From Marsupella aquatica (Eukaryota > Plantae > Marchantiophyta), in assembly GCA_973895155.1 (NCBI GenBank), contig OZ316894.1, positions 15,988,699 to 16,052,698 of the forward strand: a DNA stretch of 64,000 nucleotides, in the 5' to 3' direction. Below the pieces are notes generated by a model. The model ran no database searches. It was not told where the DNA came from and was given only the letters and a program-made list of their open reading frames with translations. Made by a program: the position numbers and the translations under genes. How positions within the stretch are numbered: position 1 is the stretch's first letter; every line of letters starts with the position of its first letter. Positions 63,804 through 64,000 of the stretch are shown piece by piece.

Positions 63804-64000
63804 ATGGGGAAGGGCAAGAGGAAGAACGGTCCCGGCAACGACCTCACAGCTCTTCGAACGGTGGCAAGCCAGCAGCAGCAGCAGCAGCCTCGGCACAGCA
63901 CCGCTAGAGCTGATGCTACCGGCAGCACACACGGACGAGGTGAAGTCGGTTCCCCTTGGTTGCAACAACTGATGGGAAAGGTCCACCATCGAGCTGCAGG
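63804..64000 (+). CDS. Possible start of an ORF running off the right edge (unknown protein, perhaps transposon-encoded)
   Basis: Hand translation MGKGKRKNGPGNDLTALRTVASQQQQQQPRHSTARADATGSTHGRGEVGSPWLQQLMGKVHHRAA..., open to the window end. Basic N-terminus and CAG microsatellite; no family recognised. Confidence 0.25.
   Translation, partial: MGKGKRKNGPGNDLTALRTVASQQQQQQPRHSTARADATGSTHGRGEVGSPWLQQLMGKVHHRAA

Overview
Eukaryotic land-plant nuclear DNA with spliceosomal GT-AG introns, a nuclear PsbW gene and Copia elements. Gene style suggests a bryophyte or liverwort, but that is inference only. Six host genes were reconstructed by hand: the 5' part of condensin SMC4 (-, runs off the left edge), GEMIN2/SIP1 with a large acidic repeat insertion (-), PsbW (+), a ~1070-aa kinesin whose motor has kinesin-3-type signatures but sits in the C-terminal half (+), the Furry/Tao3/Mor2 scaffold (-) and a LITAF/GILP gene (-). 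Between PsbW and the kinesin (19.7-25 kb) is a patchwork of decayed copies of neighbouring genes: kinesin 5' exons, inverted SMC4 exons 1-3 and PsbW. It looks like a tandem duplication with reciprocal gene loss plus templated insertions, and it also holds a GC-rich island followed by an unannotated 50-aa hydrophobic ORF. Intergenic DNA contains a rearranged Copia with an intact target-site duplication (TSD), a second decayed Copia, TA-flanked MITEs, a tRNA-like SINE head and several tandem repeats. No rRNA, intact tRNA or CRISPR array was found. All exon boundaries and alignments were read by eye and may be off by a few bases.
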